Numbered from the stretch's first letter, positions 1 through 9,267 are shown. The stretch is DNA of 49,330 bases from an uncultured archaeon (GCA_964592095.1 CAZQER010000001.1:1-49330); one strand, 5' to 3'. Translations and numbers: made by a program. The notes: a model not told the origin generated them from the sequence alone.

Positions 1-563
1 GCCGCCCATGAGATGAATCTTAAAACTATGAATTTATCGTCTTTTGAGAGATTCAGGTCATCTAAGACCGAGGGATTTGGTTTGAAGTAATTTGGATGTA
101 GATAGGCGAGTTCATGGTAGCCGTTGTAGCGGACATGTTTTTTACCTAGGTCCCTTAGGAAACAGGAGGGTGTGCAGATTGTTGTAGCGAAGGGGAAGGT
201 CAGCCAATTGGCAAGTTTTGCATCTTCTGTATCTGTAAAGATGATTGAGGGTTTTCTTAAAAGTTTTCCGACATGGGCAATGTAAGGGTTGTGAACCCCC
301 ATCAGAATATCCGGTTTGAATCTTCTGGCTATTTTATAGAGCCTGTAATCCATTCCAAGCATGCCGAATGCCTTCGAACTCATTCCTTCATATTGCCTGC
401 CGCGGTTCTCGTACTTCAGATTATAAAGATTAAGCAGATCAAGAGTCACTTCCTTTTCTCTGGCAGTGATCTTGATTCCATGATCGCTATTCCCCAATTT
501 CTTAATCACATTCCTGAAAAGGTGAACGTGTGCTGGATGACCGATATCTACGAGAACTCTCAT
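1..563 (-). CDS. DUF354-family protein (GT-B-like); N-terminal 187 codons only, C-terminus lies beyond the window start
   Basis: Absent from the ORF track because it runs off the edge. Reverse complement from ATG (561-563) reads MRVLVDIGHPAHVHLFRNVIKKLGNSDHGIKITAREKEVTLDLLNLYNLKYENRGRQYEG...KPDILMGVHNPYIAHVGKLLRKPSIIFTDTEDAKLANWLTFPFATTICTP, with no stop through position 1. The pattern matches my recollection of Pfam DUF354. Confidence 0.7.
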   Translation of the reverse strand, partial: MRVLVDIGHPAHVHLFRNVIKKLGNSDHGIKITAREKEVTLDLLNLYNLKYENRGRQYEGMSSKAFGMLGMDYRLYKIARRFKPDILMGVHNPYIAHVGKLLRKPSIIFTDTEDAKLANWLTFPFATTICTPSCFLRDLGKKHVRYNGYHELAYLHPNYFKPNPSVLDDLNLSKDDKFIVLRFISWA

Positions 564-614
564 TTTGCATTAAATAGTGTACTTTTGGCAATATAAATTG
601 TCGTATTTTGTTTA

Positions 615-929
615 TTATAGATTCGGAAGATACCGGAGATGAATGGTAATGTTGAATCTGTAATTATCTGGATTTTGATGCTCCTTAATCAATTCGATAA
701 TATCTCTTGGATTGTAAAGAATTATGTCAGGATATTCAAGATTGATCCTTTTTCCTATAAGAACCTTATCACAGGAGAATTCCTCTACTTTTTCTTCAAA
801 TTTTTTCACATCCTTCCCCTCCACATTGCCCCATTTGACCTTTTCTCTGTCTGGTGATGGGAGATATTCTATCCCTCCATCATAAAATTCTGCGAATATC
901 TCGGCACAGAAGTTTTGTATTGCCTTCAT
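615..929 (-). CDS. hypothetical protein (104 aa), possibly part of a decayed locus
   Basis: ATG-initiated ORF with no motif I recognise. Its 5' end overlaps, in another frame, the end of the ATPase remnant (880-1213). Confidence 0.3.
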   Translation of the reverse strand: MKAIQNFCAEIFAEFYDGGIEYLPSPDREKVKWGNVEGKDVKKFEEKVEEFSCDKVLIGKRINLEYPDIILYNPRDIIELIKEHQNPDNYRFNITIHLRYLPNL

Positions 930-1213
930 TCAGTCTCTGGAATTCATCTATGACTACTATCTTGTCCTGATTCAGAAGACTACGAACCCTATCTGAAACA
1001 GATGTTATGTCGACATCTACATCCTCAGACCAGAGAGATCCATCCCTTTTAACTAGGATGTATATATCAGGCTTATAGAGATTTCTTAGGTGTGTGATAT
1101 CGGAGGAGATACAAATGAGATGCCTGTCATGGATAGAAGGGGATAACCTTTAATCCGCCTTCCTTGAATGTTCTCTCGAGAAATTCAAGTTCCTCTCTGC
1201 ACTTCACAAATTT
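880..1213 (-). pseudogene. remnant of an 'archaeal ATPase' (PF01637-like) gene lacking start codon and Walker A
   Basis: Minus strand 1213-1127 reads KFVKCREELEFLERTFKEGGLKVIPFYP*, the family's N-terminal F-x-x-R-E-E-L-x-x-L signature, with an in-frame TGA just upstream and no ATG. A shifted frame at 1149-880 reads ...DKIVVIDEFQRLNEGNTKLLCRDIRRIL* (hhhhDEFQ motif). No GxxGxGKT lies between the two pieces. Confidence 0.45.
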
Positions 1214-1700
1214 TCAGATCATAATGATGACATATTTAATCCGAATGTATAAAAATCAGGATATAAAATCAGGATATGGAGGGATACAGATTTCAGAAAG
1301 ATTTTTAGTTTTCAGGTTGAGCAGTAGATTTATTCTTTCTAATGAGATGGGTTTTTTCTTTTTATCTATTTCTATTTTGTTTTCATTTTCAAGATCCGAT
1401 AGTGCCTTTTCTAGCATATATCTTAGAAAACTTACAAATTCTCTGAGTTCGTTAATGATTCGGGAATACCTCACCCAGTTGACTCATTTCAATTTTTTCA
1501 TCAATCTCTCTCATCTCTAAGTCTATCATCAACTCTTAGACTTATTACTTTCATATATTTAATACTGTAATACTGTATTACATAGATTTAAATTAACGAG
1601 AATTAACGAGAATTTCCCCAAGAGTATAAAGATTATCTTTTTCTCCATTAAACCTCCCCTTACCTTCATAGTCTTAGGTAATTATTAGTAAAATTTAAAT

Positions 1701-2324
1701 CTATAATCTTTTGCCAACGGGCATTATGTAGAGGGGCTCTTCATTAGAAAGGTTTAGTAATCTCTTTATCATGTTGTCATCAAATGCACCAACAACCACG
1801 GTGCTGAGATTAAGGCTCTCTGCCTGAAGATAAACATTCTGAGCTACATGACCCACCCCCATATAGATATATCTTATGCCCCTCTCCCCATATTTTGATG
1901 TAGTTCTCTCATATACTGCAGTAATTAATATATCTACCGATGCATCCCTTACACACCCCTGATTCAGAGCAGTATTACATAGATCATCTCTCAAATCTCC
2001 TGGTATTTTTAGTGTGATTGTATTTTCTAATGGGTTATAGTGATAAACACCATTTTCAAGATTTCTAACATTTCCAGTGATTATATATATCTCAATAGGG
2101 TCGGTAGCACCAGCAGATGGTGCAGATTTATAGTATTGTGCATTACCAGTTATCCCCTGTGCAGCCCATAACAGTTGAGATACTTCTCTCAAATCTAATG
2201 CTTCGTTTTTGTAATTCCTTCTTGACCTTCTTATCTTGATTGCCTCTTCAACAGACATGTTTCCTTTTAAAGAAGGTTGCGGTAATCTTATTATATCCCT
2301 ATTTCCAGTGATTTTGGTATCCAT
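1701..2324 (-). CDS. SagB/ThcOx-type nitroreductase-family dehydrogenase
   Basis: 207 aa with RRSRRNY near the N-terminus, LLWAAQGIT, PSAGAT and a C-terminal PVGK, giving a nitroreductase-fold pattern. Confidence 0.8.
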   Translation of the reverse strand: MDTKITGNRDIIRLPQPSLKGNMSVEEAIKIRRSRRNYKNEALDLREVSQLLWAAQGITGNAQYYKSAPSAGATDPIEIYIITGNVRNLENGVYHYNPLENTITLKIPGDLRDDLCNTALNQGCVRDASVDILITAVYERTTSKYGERGIRYIYMGVGHVAQNVYLQAESLNLSTVVVGAFDDNMIKRLLNLSNEEPLYIMPVGKRL

Positions 2325-2469
2325 TCTAAATATAATAGATGAATTCTAATCTATTAATATGGATTGGGAGGGGTGTTTTATACTATTGTTAATATTATCA
2401 TCCATTGGATGTATTGAACAGCATATAAAAGAGGAAGGATATGAAAAAATAGATTTGAGAGGTGAGAAT

Positions 2470-2997
2470 ATGAAGGCATTAATTGTATTGATACCCAAGG
2501 ACTTCAGGGATGAAGAGTTTAGAATACCAAAGGAAAGATTGGAGAAGGCAGGTATTAATGTAACTGTTGCAGGTCTTGAATCAGGAACTGCAAGGGGGAT
2601 GCTTGGAATGACTGCCCGGCCAGATGTACTTCTGGATGAAGTTGATATAAGTAATTATGATGTTCTTATTATTCCAGGAGGTAGTGGTTCTGTAAGGTAT
2701 CTATGGAACAATCGGAAGGTATTGAACATGGTAAAGGAGGCGTATTCTGAAGGAAAGATTATAGCAGCAATATGTCTATCTGGTGCTGTTCTGGCAAACT
2801 CTGGCATTTTAGAGGGAAAGAATGCAACGGTTTTCCCGACATCCGATTCGGTGAGAATCCTGAAGGAAAAGGGAGCCAACTATATTGATAAAGGCGTTGT
2901 TGTTGATGGTAGGATAATAACAGCCAAGGGTCCAGATTATGCAGATGAATTTGCATATACAATTCTAAAGAAGTTATCCGAGTTAAGTAAAAAGTAA
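2470..2997 (+). CDS. DJ-1/PfpI family protein
   Basis: MKALIVLIPKDFRDEEF...IAAICLSGAVLA carries the nucleophile-elbow Cys. ATG 2470 is preceded by GAGGTGA. The ORF-track start at 2359 would add 37 aa. Confidence 0.85.
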   Translation: MKALIVLIPKDFRDEEFRIPKERLEKAGINVTVAGLESGTARGMLGMTARPDVLLDEVDISNYDVLIIPGGSGSVRYLWNNRKVLNMVKEAYSEGKIIAAICLSGAVLANSGILEGKNATVFPTSDSVRILKEKGANYIDKGVVVDGRIITAKGPDYADEFAYTILKKLSELSKK

Positions 2998-3004
2998 GTG
3001 GAAT

Positions 3005-3655
3005 ATGGGTCTGCTTGAAATCTACAGAAAACTATTAAATCATTTTGGAAAACAAAATTGGTGGCCTGCAGATAGTGAATTTGAGATGATTGTAGGTGCG
3101 ATTCTTACCCAATGTACATCTTGGAAAAATGTGGAGAGGGTAATGGAGAATATGAAGGCAAAGGAACTCATAAATCCCAAACATATGATGGAAATTGATA
3201 GAGAAAATCTGAGGAGGATTATAAAGCCAGTGGGGTATTATAATTCAAAAACAGAAAAACTCAAGGCGTTTGTTGAATTTTTGTATAACAGATATAATGG
3301 TGATTTATATGATTTTCTTGCCCAACCACTTCCGTTGTTAAGAAAGCAACTCCTCTCAATATATGGTATAGGTCCAGAAACGGCAGATTCAATAATTCTT
3401 TATGCGGCAAATAAACCATCCTTTGTTGTAGATGCATACACTGTAAGGATATTTTCAAGGCTTGGTTTTATAGATAAGGATACAAACTATGATAAACTAA
3501 AGCGTTTCTTTGAGGAGAATTTACCAAGAGATGTTGAACTTTATAAGGAATATCATGCGCTCATTGATGAACTCGGAAAGAACTTCTGCAGAAAAGAGCC
3601 ACATTGTAAAAAATGCCCTTTAAATGAATTCTGTGGATTTGCGAATTCATATTGA
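3005..3655 (+). CDS. endonuclease III-related HhH-GPD base-excision glycosylase (COG2231-like)
   Basis: HhH motif LLSIYGIGPETADSIILYA, followed by VVDAYTVRIF, with a C-terminal Cys cluster CRKEPHCKKCPLNEFC. No Lys occupies the Nth catalytic position (GPETAD). Confidence 0.8.
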   Translation: MGLLEIYRKLLNHFGKQNWWPADSEFEMIVGAILTQCTSWKNVERVMENMKAKELINPKHMMEIDRENLRRIIKPVGYYNSKTEKLKAFVEFLYNRYNGDLYDFLAQPLPLLRKQLLSIYGIGPETADSIILYAANKPSFVVDAYTVRIFSRLGFIDKDTNYDKLKRFFEENLPRDVELYKEYHALIDELGKNFCRKEPHCKKCPLNEFCGFANSY

Positions 3656-3709
3656 TTTCATATTTAATTTACATTTATATTATGAAATTGTAACTATCTA
3701 TATATCAAA

Positions 3710-4603
3710 ATGTTGGATATCATTCCTATTTGGGGTTTGATAATGGCGGTTGCCCTATTATTTTTAATACTCGGAAGTTACTTTGATTTAATGACCGCTG
3801 AAATTCCAGATGTAATAACGGTAGGATTAACATTCATCATTTTAATAATATCACTCGTTTATTCTGCACTTGTATGGGATTTTTCCTTTTTTATATCCTC
3901 TGCTTCCATAGGTATTCTGTATTTTATCTTGGGATATATACTTTTCTATCTTGGGGAATGGGGGGGTGGAGATGTAAAACTTATTTCGGGTGTTGGATGT
4001 TCTATTGGATTTCTAGGGGCGATTAATTATTTAAAAGAGAGCATACTTCCATACTATATAGATTATCTTATAAATATGGCTATTGTATCTGCACCGTATC
4101 TTATCATATATGCTCTAATCTTGGGATTGATGAAACCAAGCGTATTTAATAGATTCTACAAAACAATGAGGAATATTGTTTCTATATTCGTTATAATCAT
4201 ATCCTTCATTCCATCAATATCTGCACTCTTTCTTAATTTGAAATCCATTGCCCTCATATATTTATTGATACCTGCACTGGTAATTCTATCCATTTACTTA
4301 AAAGCAGTGGAGAAGGAGGCATTGCAAAAGAGAATAAATGTTTCAGAACTTCAGGTCGGGGATGTTTTGGCAGAGGATTTAATAGTCAATGGAGAGAAGA
4401 TTTTTAGTAGTAGAAATATCTCGGGTCTTGAGAGAAAGGATATTGAAAGGATAAAGATGCTTAGTAAAGAAGGTAAGATTCCAACGGAGATAACAATAAA
4501 ATGGGGTGTGAAGTTCTCACCAATATTTCTATTTGCCTTTTTATTGTCAATATCTGTAGGTAATGCTCTTGAAACAATTGTGATGTATCTCTGTTCCATA
4601 TAA
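3710..4603 (+). CDS. A24-family archaeal prepilin/preflagellin peptidase with C-terminal domain
   Basis: Polytopic membrane protein with YFDLMTAEIPD and GEWGGGDVKL, the two catalytic-Asp motifs. It also has a soluble insertion near the C-terminus. Confidence 0.8.
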   Translation: MLDIIPIWGLIMAVALLFLILGSYFDLMTAEIPDVITVGLTFIILIISLVYSALVWDFSFFISSASIGILYFILGYILFYLGEWGGGDVKLISGVGCSIGFLGAINYLKESILPYYIDYLINMAIVSAPYLIIYALILGLMKPSVFNRFYKTMRNIVSIFVIIISFIPSISALFLNLKSIALIYLLIPALVILSIYLKAVEKEALQKRINVSELQVGDVLAEDLIVNGEKIFSSRNISGLERKDIERIKMLSKEGKIPTEITIKWGVKFSPIFLFAFLLSISVGNALETIVMYLCSI

Positions 4604-4651
4604 TGTTATATATTGGAGTTATATATTATAGCATTATTATAGCATTATGAA

Positions 4652-5905
4652 TTATATAAATTCTCTTGGGTCAGTAATTCTTCCCTTAATGGCAGATGCT
4701 GCAACAGTGGCTGGAGATGCTAAGTAAATGTGTGCTTTATTATTGCCCATTCTTCCCTTGAAATTTCTATTAGCAGTTGATATTACATTATCCCCATCTG
4801 CTGGAATTCCATTATGTGTTCCAACACACGGACCACAGCCCGGGGTTACTAATGTTGCCCCTGCTTTGATAAGTATCTCTAATATGCCATTCTCAATTGC
4901 ATTTAGGAGAATCTGCCTTGAGGCAGGTGCGATTATTAGCCTTACATTATTATCCACCTTTTTACCCTTCAGTATCTCGGCAGCAATTCCCAAATCTTCG
5001 AGCCTTCCATTTGTGCATGTTCCTATATATGCCTCATCAATATTTATTCCCTCCACATCCGATACTGGACATACATTATCAACCCTGTGTGGCTTGGCTA
5101 TCTGAGGTTCCATATCTGTGGCATCATATTCTATTATTTTTGAATATGTTGCATCTTCATCGCCTTTTACGGAATTTGGTTTTCTTGAAGAATGTCTTTT
5201 TATATAGTGTATTACCTTATTATCTGCTTCCATAATGCCTGTTTTCGCTCCCATCTCAACCGCCATATTGGTAATTGTCATTCTTGCATCTATTGATAGT
5301 TCTGATATGGTATCCCCAACAAATTCAACTGACATATATGTTGCTCCATCTGCAGTAAGGTCCCCTATAATGCTCAGTATCAAATCCTTTGAATAAACAC
5401 CGGGTGGGAGTTTTCCATTTATTATCAATTTTATGCTCTCAGGTACCTTAAACCAAAGTTTTCCAGAGGCATAAACTGCAGCTATATCGGTGGAACCAAT
5501 TCCCGTAGAAAAGGCATTCAGAGCACCATATGTGCAGGTATGGGAATCTGCTCCAACTATTAGGTCTCCGGGAACTACATGCCCATTTTCGGGTATTAAT
5601 TGATGACATACTCCACATCCGATATCGTATATATTTATATTCTGCTCCGTGGCAAAATCCCTCATCATCTTGTGGAGATTTGAAATACCTTCCAACGGGC
5701 TTGGAGCAGAGTGGTCTATAACAAAGGATATCCTCTCTGGATTGCAGACTCTTTTAATATCCATGCGTCTAAATGTTCTTATTGCCAACGGCGTTGTACC
5801 ATCCTGACTCATAGCGTAATCTACAGCTGCTATAACGATATCCCCCGCATATACCTCCTTTCCAGAGCGGGTTGAAAGTATCTTCTCTGCTATAGTCTGT
5901 CCCAT
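4652..5905 (-). CDS. 3-isopropylmalate / homoaconitate dehydratase large subunit (LeuC/HacA family)
   Basis: 417 aa aconitase-family sequence with IGCGVCHQ, GADSHTCTYGA and GTCTNGR...PGCGPCVG. No small-subunit gene is adjacent. Confidence 0.9.
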   Translation of the reverse strand: MGQTIAEKILSTRSGKEVYAGDIVIAAVDYAMSQDGTTPLAIRTFRRMDIKRVCNPERISFVIDHSAPSPLEGISNLHKMMRDFATEQNINIYDIGCGVCHQLIPENGHVVPGDLIVGADSHTCTYGALNAFSTGIGSTDIAAVYASGKLWFKVPESIKLIINGKLPPGVYSKDLILSIIGDLTADGATYMSVEFVGDTISELSIDARMTITNMAVEMGAKTGIMEADNKVIHYIKRHSSRKPNSVKGDEDATYSKIIEYDATDMEPQIAKPHRVDNVCPVSDVEGINIDEAYIGTCTNGRLEDLGIAAEILKGKKVDNNVRLIIAPASRQILLNAIENGILEILIKAGATLVTPGCGPCVGTHNGIPADGDNVISTANRNFKGRMGNNKAHIYLASPATVAASAIKGRITDPREFI

Positions 5906-5974
5906 TTTCCAATAGATATTAATATTAAAAATACATCAATATATACGACACCATATTATCTAATTATACTATAC

Positions 5975-6532
5975 CTAACGCAACACCTTTAGAAGGTCGG
6001 CATTTGTGATTATGCCCTCAATCTCGCCCTTTTCAATCACCAATACTGCCTTGTTATTCTCTAATAACTTTGAAATTGTAGATAAAGGTGTATTTAGATT
6101 CACAGATGGAAAGGATTCCTCCATAAAATTTTCTACACTTTTTGATGTCATATTACGGATATCAGCTCCCCGAGATATCTGGGTCAGGATTACATCCTCT
6201 GAGATTGAACCAACAACTCTGTTTTTTCTAAATACGGGGAGTTGGGATACATCATAATTCCTCATAAGTTCAACCGCCCTGCTTAATGAATCATCTATAT
6301 CTACCCCAACAATCCTCTTGGACATTATCTCCCCTGCCTTTATCTCCTCTCTCTTGAGTTCGTTTAATGCCCTAAAGATTTTCTCTATCTTTGAATATCG
6401 TGGGTCTACATTTCCTGCCTCAACTCTTGCAATAAGTGATTGGCTTATCCCCGCCTTTTTAGATAGTTCCGTCTGTGTAATTCCCAGCCTCTTACGATAC
6501 CTTTTTATCTCGGAAAGAGAGGGAAGTTCCAT
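5975..6532 (-). CDS. XRE-type HTH plus CBS-pair transcriptional regulator (COG3620-like)
   Basis: LGITQTELSKKAGISQSLIARVEAG HTH followed by two CBS motifs. The ORF-track start at 6568 is TTG, so I prefer ATG at 6532 (MELPSLSEIK). Confidence 0.8.
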   Translation of the reverse strand: MELPSLSEIKRYRKRLGITQTELSKKAGISQSLIARVEAGNVDPRYSKIEKIFRALNELKREEIKAGEIMSKRIVGVDIDDSLSRAVELMRNYDVSQLPVFRKNRVVGSISEDVILTQISRGADIRNMTSKSVENFMEESFPSVNLNTPLSTISKLLENNKAVLVIEKGEIEGIITNADLLKVLR

Positions 6533-6692
6533 TTTGCTATGCAAATATGAATAATTATAGGATATCAATATTTATAAAAGAATAAAAATATATAAGATAA
6601 TAAATATATGCAAATGTGCATAAAATATATAGTTCAATATTTATAGTAGAATAACAATATATTAAGTATTCTTTTTTTGTTCTTGTAACAAC

Positions 6693-8180
6693 ATGAAGAC
6701 AATAAAGGAGATAAATGAAAGGATTAAAAAGGGGGAAGTGGTAATTGTAAGGGCGGACGAGATGCCTGAGATATATGAGAAAAATCCAAAGAGGGCAGTT
6801 AGAGAGGTGGATATTGTAACCACTGGTACATTTGGTGCAATGTGTTCATCGGGAGCATTTCTGAATTTTGGTCATTCCGACCCTCCAATTAAGATGGCTC
6901 AGGTATGGTTGAATGATGTTGAGGCATATACCGGAATAGCAGCTGTTGATGCATATATCGGGGCGACTCAATTGAGGAGATACAATGACTTTGATTACGG
7001 TGGTGGTCATGTGATAGAGGACCTGATTGCTGGAAAAGAAATAGAAGTGAGGGCTGAAGCCTATGGAACCGATTGCTATCCAAAAAAGAAGGTGGAAACA
7101 ACAATCACAATAGATGACCTCAATCAGGCAATAATGTATAATCCCAGAAATTGTTATCAAAAATATATAGGGGCAACGAATTCATCAGATTCGGTTATTA
7201 GAACATATATGGGAACTCTATTACCGAATATGGGAAATGTAAATTTTTCAGGTGTTGGTGAATTGAACCCATTGGTAAATGACCCAGATTATGAGGTGAT
7301 AGGTATAGGAACTAGGATATTTATTGGTGGTGCCAAGGGTTTTGTTGTTGGTACGGGTACTCAACACTCTCCAGATACGGAGTCTGGAAATATATCAACT
7401 ACGGGGAATCTAAAGGAGATGTCCACTAAATATGTAAGGGGTGCAAGTATTCCAGGATATGGGACATCACTATTTTTGGGGATAGGGATTCCAATTCCTG
7501 TCCTTAATGATGACATAGCAAGAAAAACAGCTATCAGAAATGCAGACATAAGGACGGAGATTATAGACTATGGTACCCCCAGACTTCAAAAACCAGTTGT
7601 TAGAGAGGTAACATATGAAGAGTTATTTTCCGGAAGGATTGAAATAGATGGAAGAAAGGTGAGAACAAGCCCGTTATCAAGTGTAAAGGTTACATATCAA
7701 ATTCTGGATGAATTAAAACTACTTATGGAGGAAAAAGAGTTCTTCCTTACGGAAAAGGTGGGTGATTTACCAAAAACGGGTAAAATCAGACCAATGAGAC
7801 TGAAAAAAGGCACTAAATTGGTAAAGGATATAATGACGCGGAATGTAATAACAGCAACGCCAGATTCTACAATAAAGGAAATTTCAGAATTACTTATAAA
7901 CAATCATATAGATCAGATTCCAATAGTCATTGAAGGTAATAAATTGGTGGGGATTGTTACATCAAGGGATATAACAAGGGCATTAGCAATGAATGTAAGG
8001 AAATTGGAGAAGGTTATGACAAAGAAGGTTATTACCTCGGATAAGGATGAAGCAGTTGATATTGTTATTAGGAGATTGGATAAGTACAAGATAGATGCAA
8101 CACCGGTTGTTGATAAAAACAACAGGGTAATTGGGATAATAACAATAGCAGATATAATGAGGAGAGGTAGGTCAAGATGA
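6693..8180 (+). CDS. homocysteine biosynthesis protein, COG1900 (DUF39) domain with C-terminal CBS pair (MJ0100/MA1821 type)
   Basis: 495 aa. N-terminal 370 aa match the COG1900 pattern (VDIVTTGTFG, GGGHVIEDL, IGIGIPIP). C-terminal tandem CBS motifs are present (IMTRNVITATPD..., VMTKKVITSD...). Confidence 0.88.
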   Translation: MKTIKEINERIKKGEVVIVRADEMPEIYEKNPKRAVREVDIVTTGTFGAMCSSGAFLNFGHSDPPIKMAQVWLNDVEAYTGIAAVDAYIGATQLRRYNDFDYGGGHVIEDLIAGKEIEVRAEAYGTDCYPKKKVETTITIDDLNQAIMYNPRNCYQKYIGATNSSDSVIRTYMGTLLPNMGNVNFSGVGELNPLVNDPDYEVIGIGTRIFIGGAKGFVVGTGTQHSPDTESGNISTTGNLKEMSTKYVRGASIPGYGTSLFLGIGIPIPVLNDDIARKTAIRNADIRTEIIDYGTPRLQKPVVREVTYEELFSGRIEIDGRKVRTSPLSSVKVTYQILDELKLLMEEKEFFLTEKVGDLPKTGKIRPMRLKKGTKLVKDIMTRNVITATPDSTIKEISELLINNHIDQIPIVIEGNKLVGIVTSRDITRALAMNVRKLEKVMTKKVITSDKDEAVDIVIRRLDKYKIDATPVVDKNNRVIGIITIADIMRRGRSR

Positions 8181-8566
8181 GTAAATATCTTTTAGAATAT
8201 TCAGCAGATATCGTTAATTCTCCCATTCTATCCAAAACGATAATTGACACCGGGGTATTGATAAATGTGCTCAGGGCGAATATAGAATATGACACTGCAA
8301 CCATTGTAGTTGATATTCCAACAGATGAAAAAAAGGTTATAGAAAAATTCAAGGAATTTGGCGTGAGTGTAAAAAAACTGGATGAAATAATAATGAGAGA
8401 TACCGAAAGTTGTATTGATTGTGGAGCGTGTATATCAATATGCCCCTCGGGTGCAATATATTTTAAGGACGATTGGGGTATTGAGGTAAGGAGTGAAGAA
8501 TGCATTCAATGCGGAGCATGTGTATTGGCATGTCCTATGAAGGCGATGTCCATTCAAGAAATCTAA
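8177..8566 (+). CDS. NIL-domain / 2x[4Fe-4S] ferredoxin protein (MA1822 type)
   Basis: An N-terminal NIL-like domain is followed by CIDCGACISICP and CIQCGACVLACP. The start overlaps the upstream stop (ATGA). Confidence 0.85.
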   Translation: MSKYLLEYSADIVNSPILSKTIIDTGVLINVLRANIEYDTATIVVDIPTDEKKVIEKFKEFGVSVKKLDEIIMRDTESCIDCGACISICPSGAIYFKDDWGIEVRSEECIQCGACVLACPMKAMSIQEI

Positions 8567-9252
8567 ATCTGGAAAGATTTGAACTTAATTACAGAAATTC
8601 CAGGATGGTTGTGCTTAGTGATAAAAATCTCAGAAATGAGGCACAGAAGGAGTTAGAAAAAAACTACCTACTTTTGGAGGATTATATAAGAAAAGAACCT
8701 TTTTTTATGCTATCCTACGAACCATTTAGGGTTGGAGCAGATGCGCCTAAGATAGCCATGGCAATGTCAAATGCTGCAGAAAAGGCGAATGTTGGGCCAA
8801 TGGCTTCCGTTGCAGGAGCGTTTTCGGAAATTGTAATGAATTCTTTACTAAATAGAGGCGCAAGAAATGCAATAGTTGATAATGGAGGGGATATATCACT
8901 CACAACAACCAATGAGATATGTGTGGGCATATATGCGGGTAGTTCCCCATTCTCTGGAAAGATAGCCCTGCGCATAAAACCGGAATTAACACCTCTGGGT
9001 ATATGCACATCCTCTGGCTCTGTGGGTCATTCCGTATCGTTGGGAAATTCTGATGCCGTTGTTGTAGTAGCCAAATCAACTCCACTGGCAGATGCAGCAG
9101 CCACGTCCATAGGCAATGTGGTCAAGGGTAAAAATGCTATCATGAAGGGCATAAAAGGGGCAAAGAGGATTAAACACATTTCTGGGGTTATCATAATAAA
9201 GGGTAAAGAGATTGGGGTGTATGGAAAATTGCCTGAAATCATCAAATTATAG
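8500..9252 (+). CDS. UPF0280 / COG2122 ApbE-like protein (MA1715 type)
   Basis: GPMASVAGAFSE, VDNGGDI, GICTSSGSVGHSVSLGNSDAVVV and ADAAATSIGN fit the family pattern. ATG 8500 has an upstream GAGGTAAGGAG, and ATG 8530 is an alternative. Either start overlaps the ferredoxin gene. Confidence 0.8.
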   Translation: MHSMRSMCIGMSYEGDVHSRNLNLERFELNYRNSRMVVLSDKNLRNEAQKELEKNYLLLEDYIRKEPFFMLSYEPFRVGADAPKIAMAMSNAAEKANVGPMASVAGAFSEIVMNSLLNRGARNAIVDNGGDISLTTTNEICVGIYAGSSPFSGKIALRIKPELTPLGICTSSGSVGHSVSLGNSDAVVVVAKSTPLADAAATSIGNVVKGKNAIMKGIKGAKRIKHISGVIIIKGKEIGVYGKLPEIIKL

Positions 9253-9267
9253 TTTTTTATTGTTTTT
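9253..9267 (+). terminator. oligo-T tract (TTTTTTATTGTTTTT), candidate archaeal terminator
   Basis: Two T-runs lie directly after the stop at 9252, ahead of an AT-rich TATA-like stretch for the next gene. Confidence 0.35.

Noticed and set aside
273-596. 107-aa plus-strand ORF at the window start
   Set aside because: It lies entirely antisense to a much better-supported DUF354 reading frame (1-563, minus strand), and its sequence has no recognisable features.
1559-1648. 29-codon minus-strand ORF (MEKKIIFILLGKFSLILVNLNLCNTVLQY) with an AGGGGAGGT motif, 52 nt downstream of the SagB-type gene, considered as a TOMM/RiPP precursor
   Set aside because: No YcaO or cyclodehydratase gene is nearby. 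The peptide has only one Cys and no Cys/Ser/Thr-rich core. Part of the ORF is just the AATTAACGAG tandem duplication. It may still be a small hydrophobic peptide, but the evidence is weak.
2359-2469. 37-aa N-terminal extension of the DJ-1/PfpI ORF containing LLLILSSIGC, considered as a lipoprotein signal
   Set aside because: The n-region is acidic (MDWEG), DJ-1/PfpI proteins are normally cytoplasmic, and the internal ATG 2470 has a good GAGGTGA ribosome-binding motif. A secreted form is not excluded, but I do not support it.
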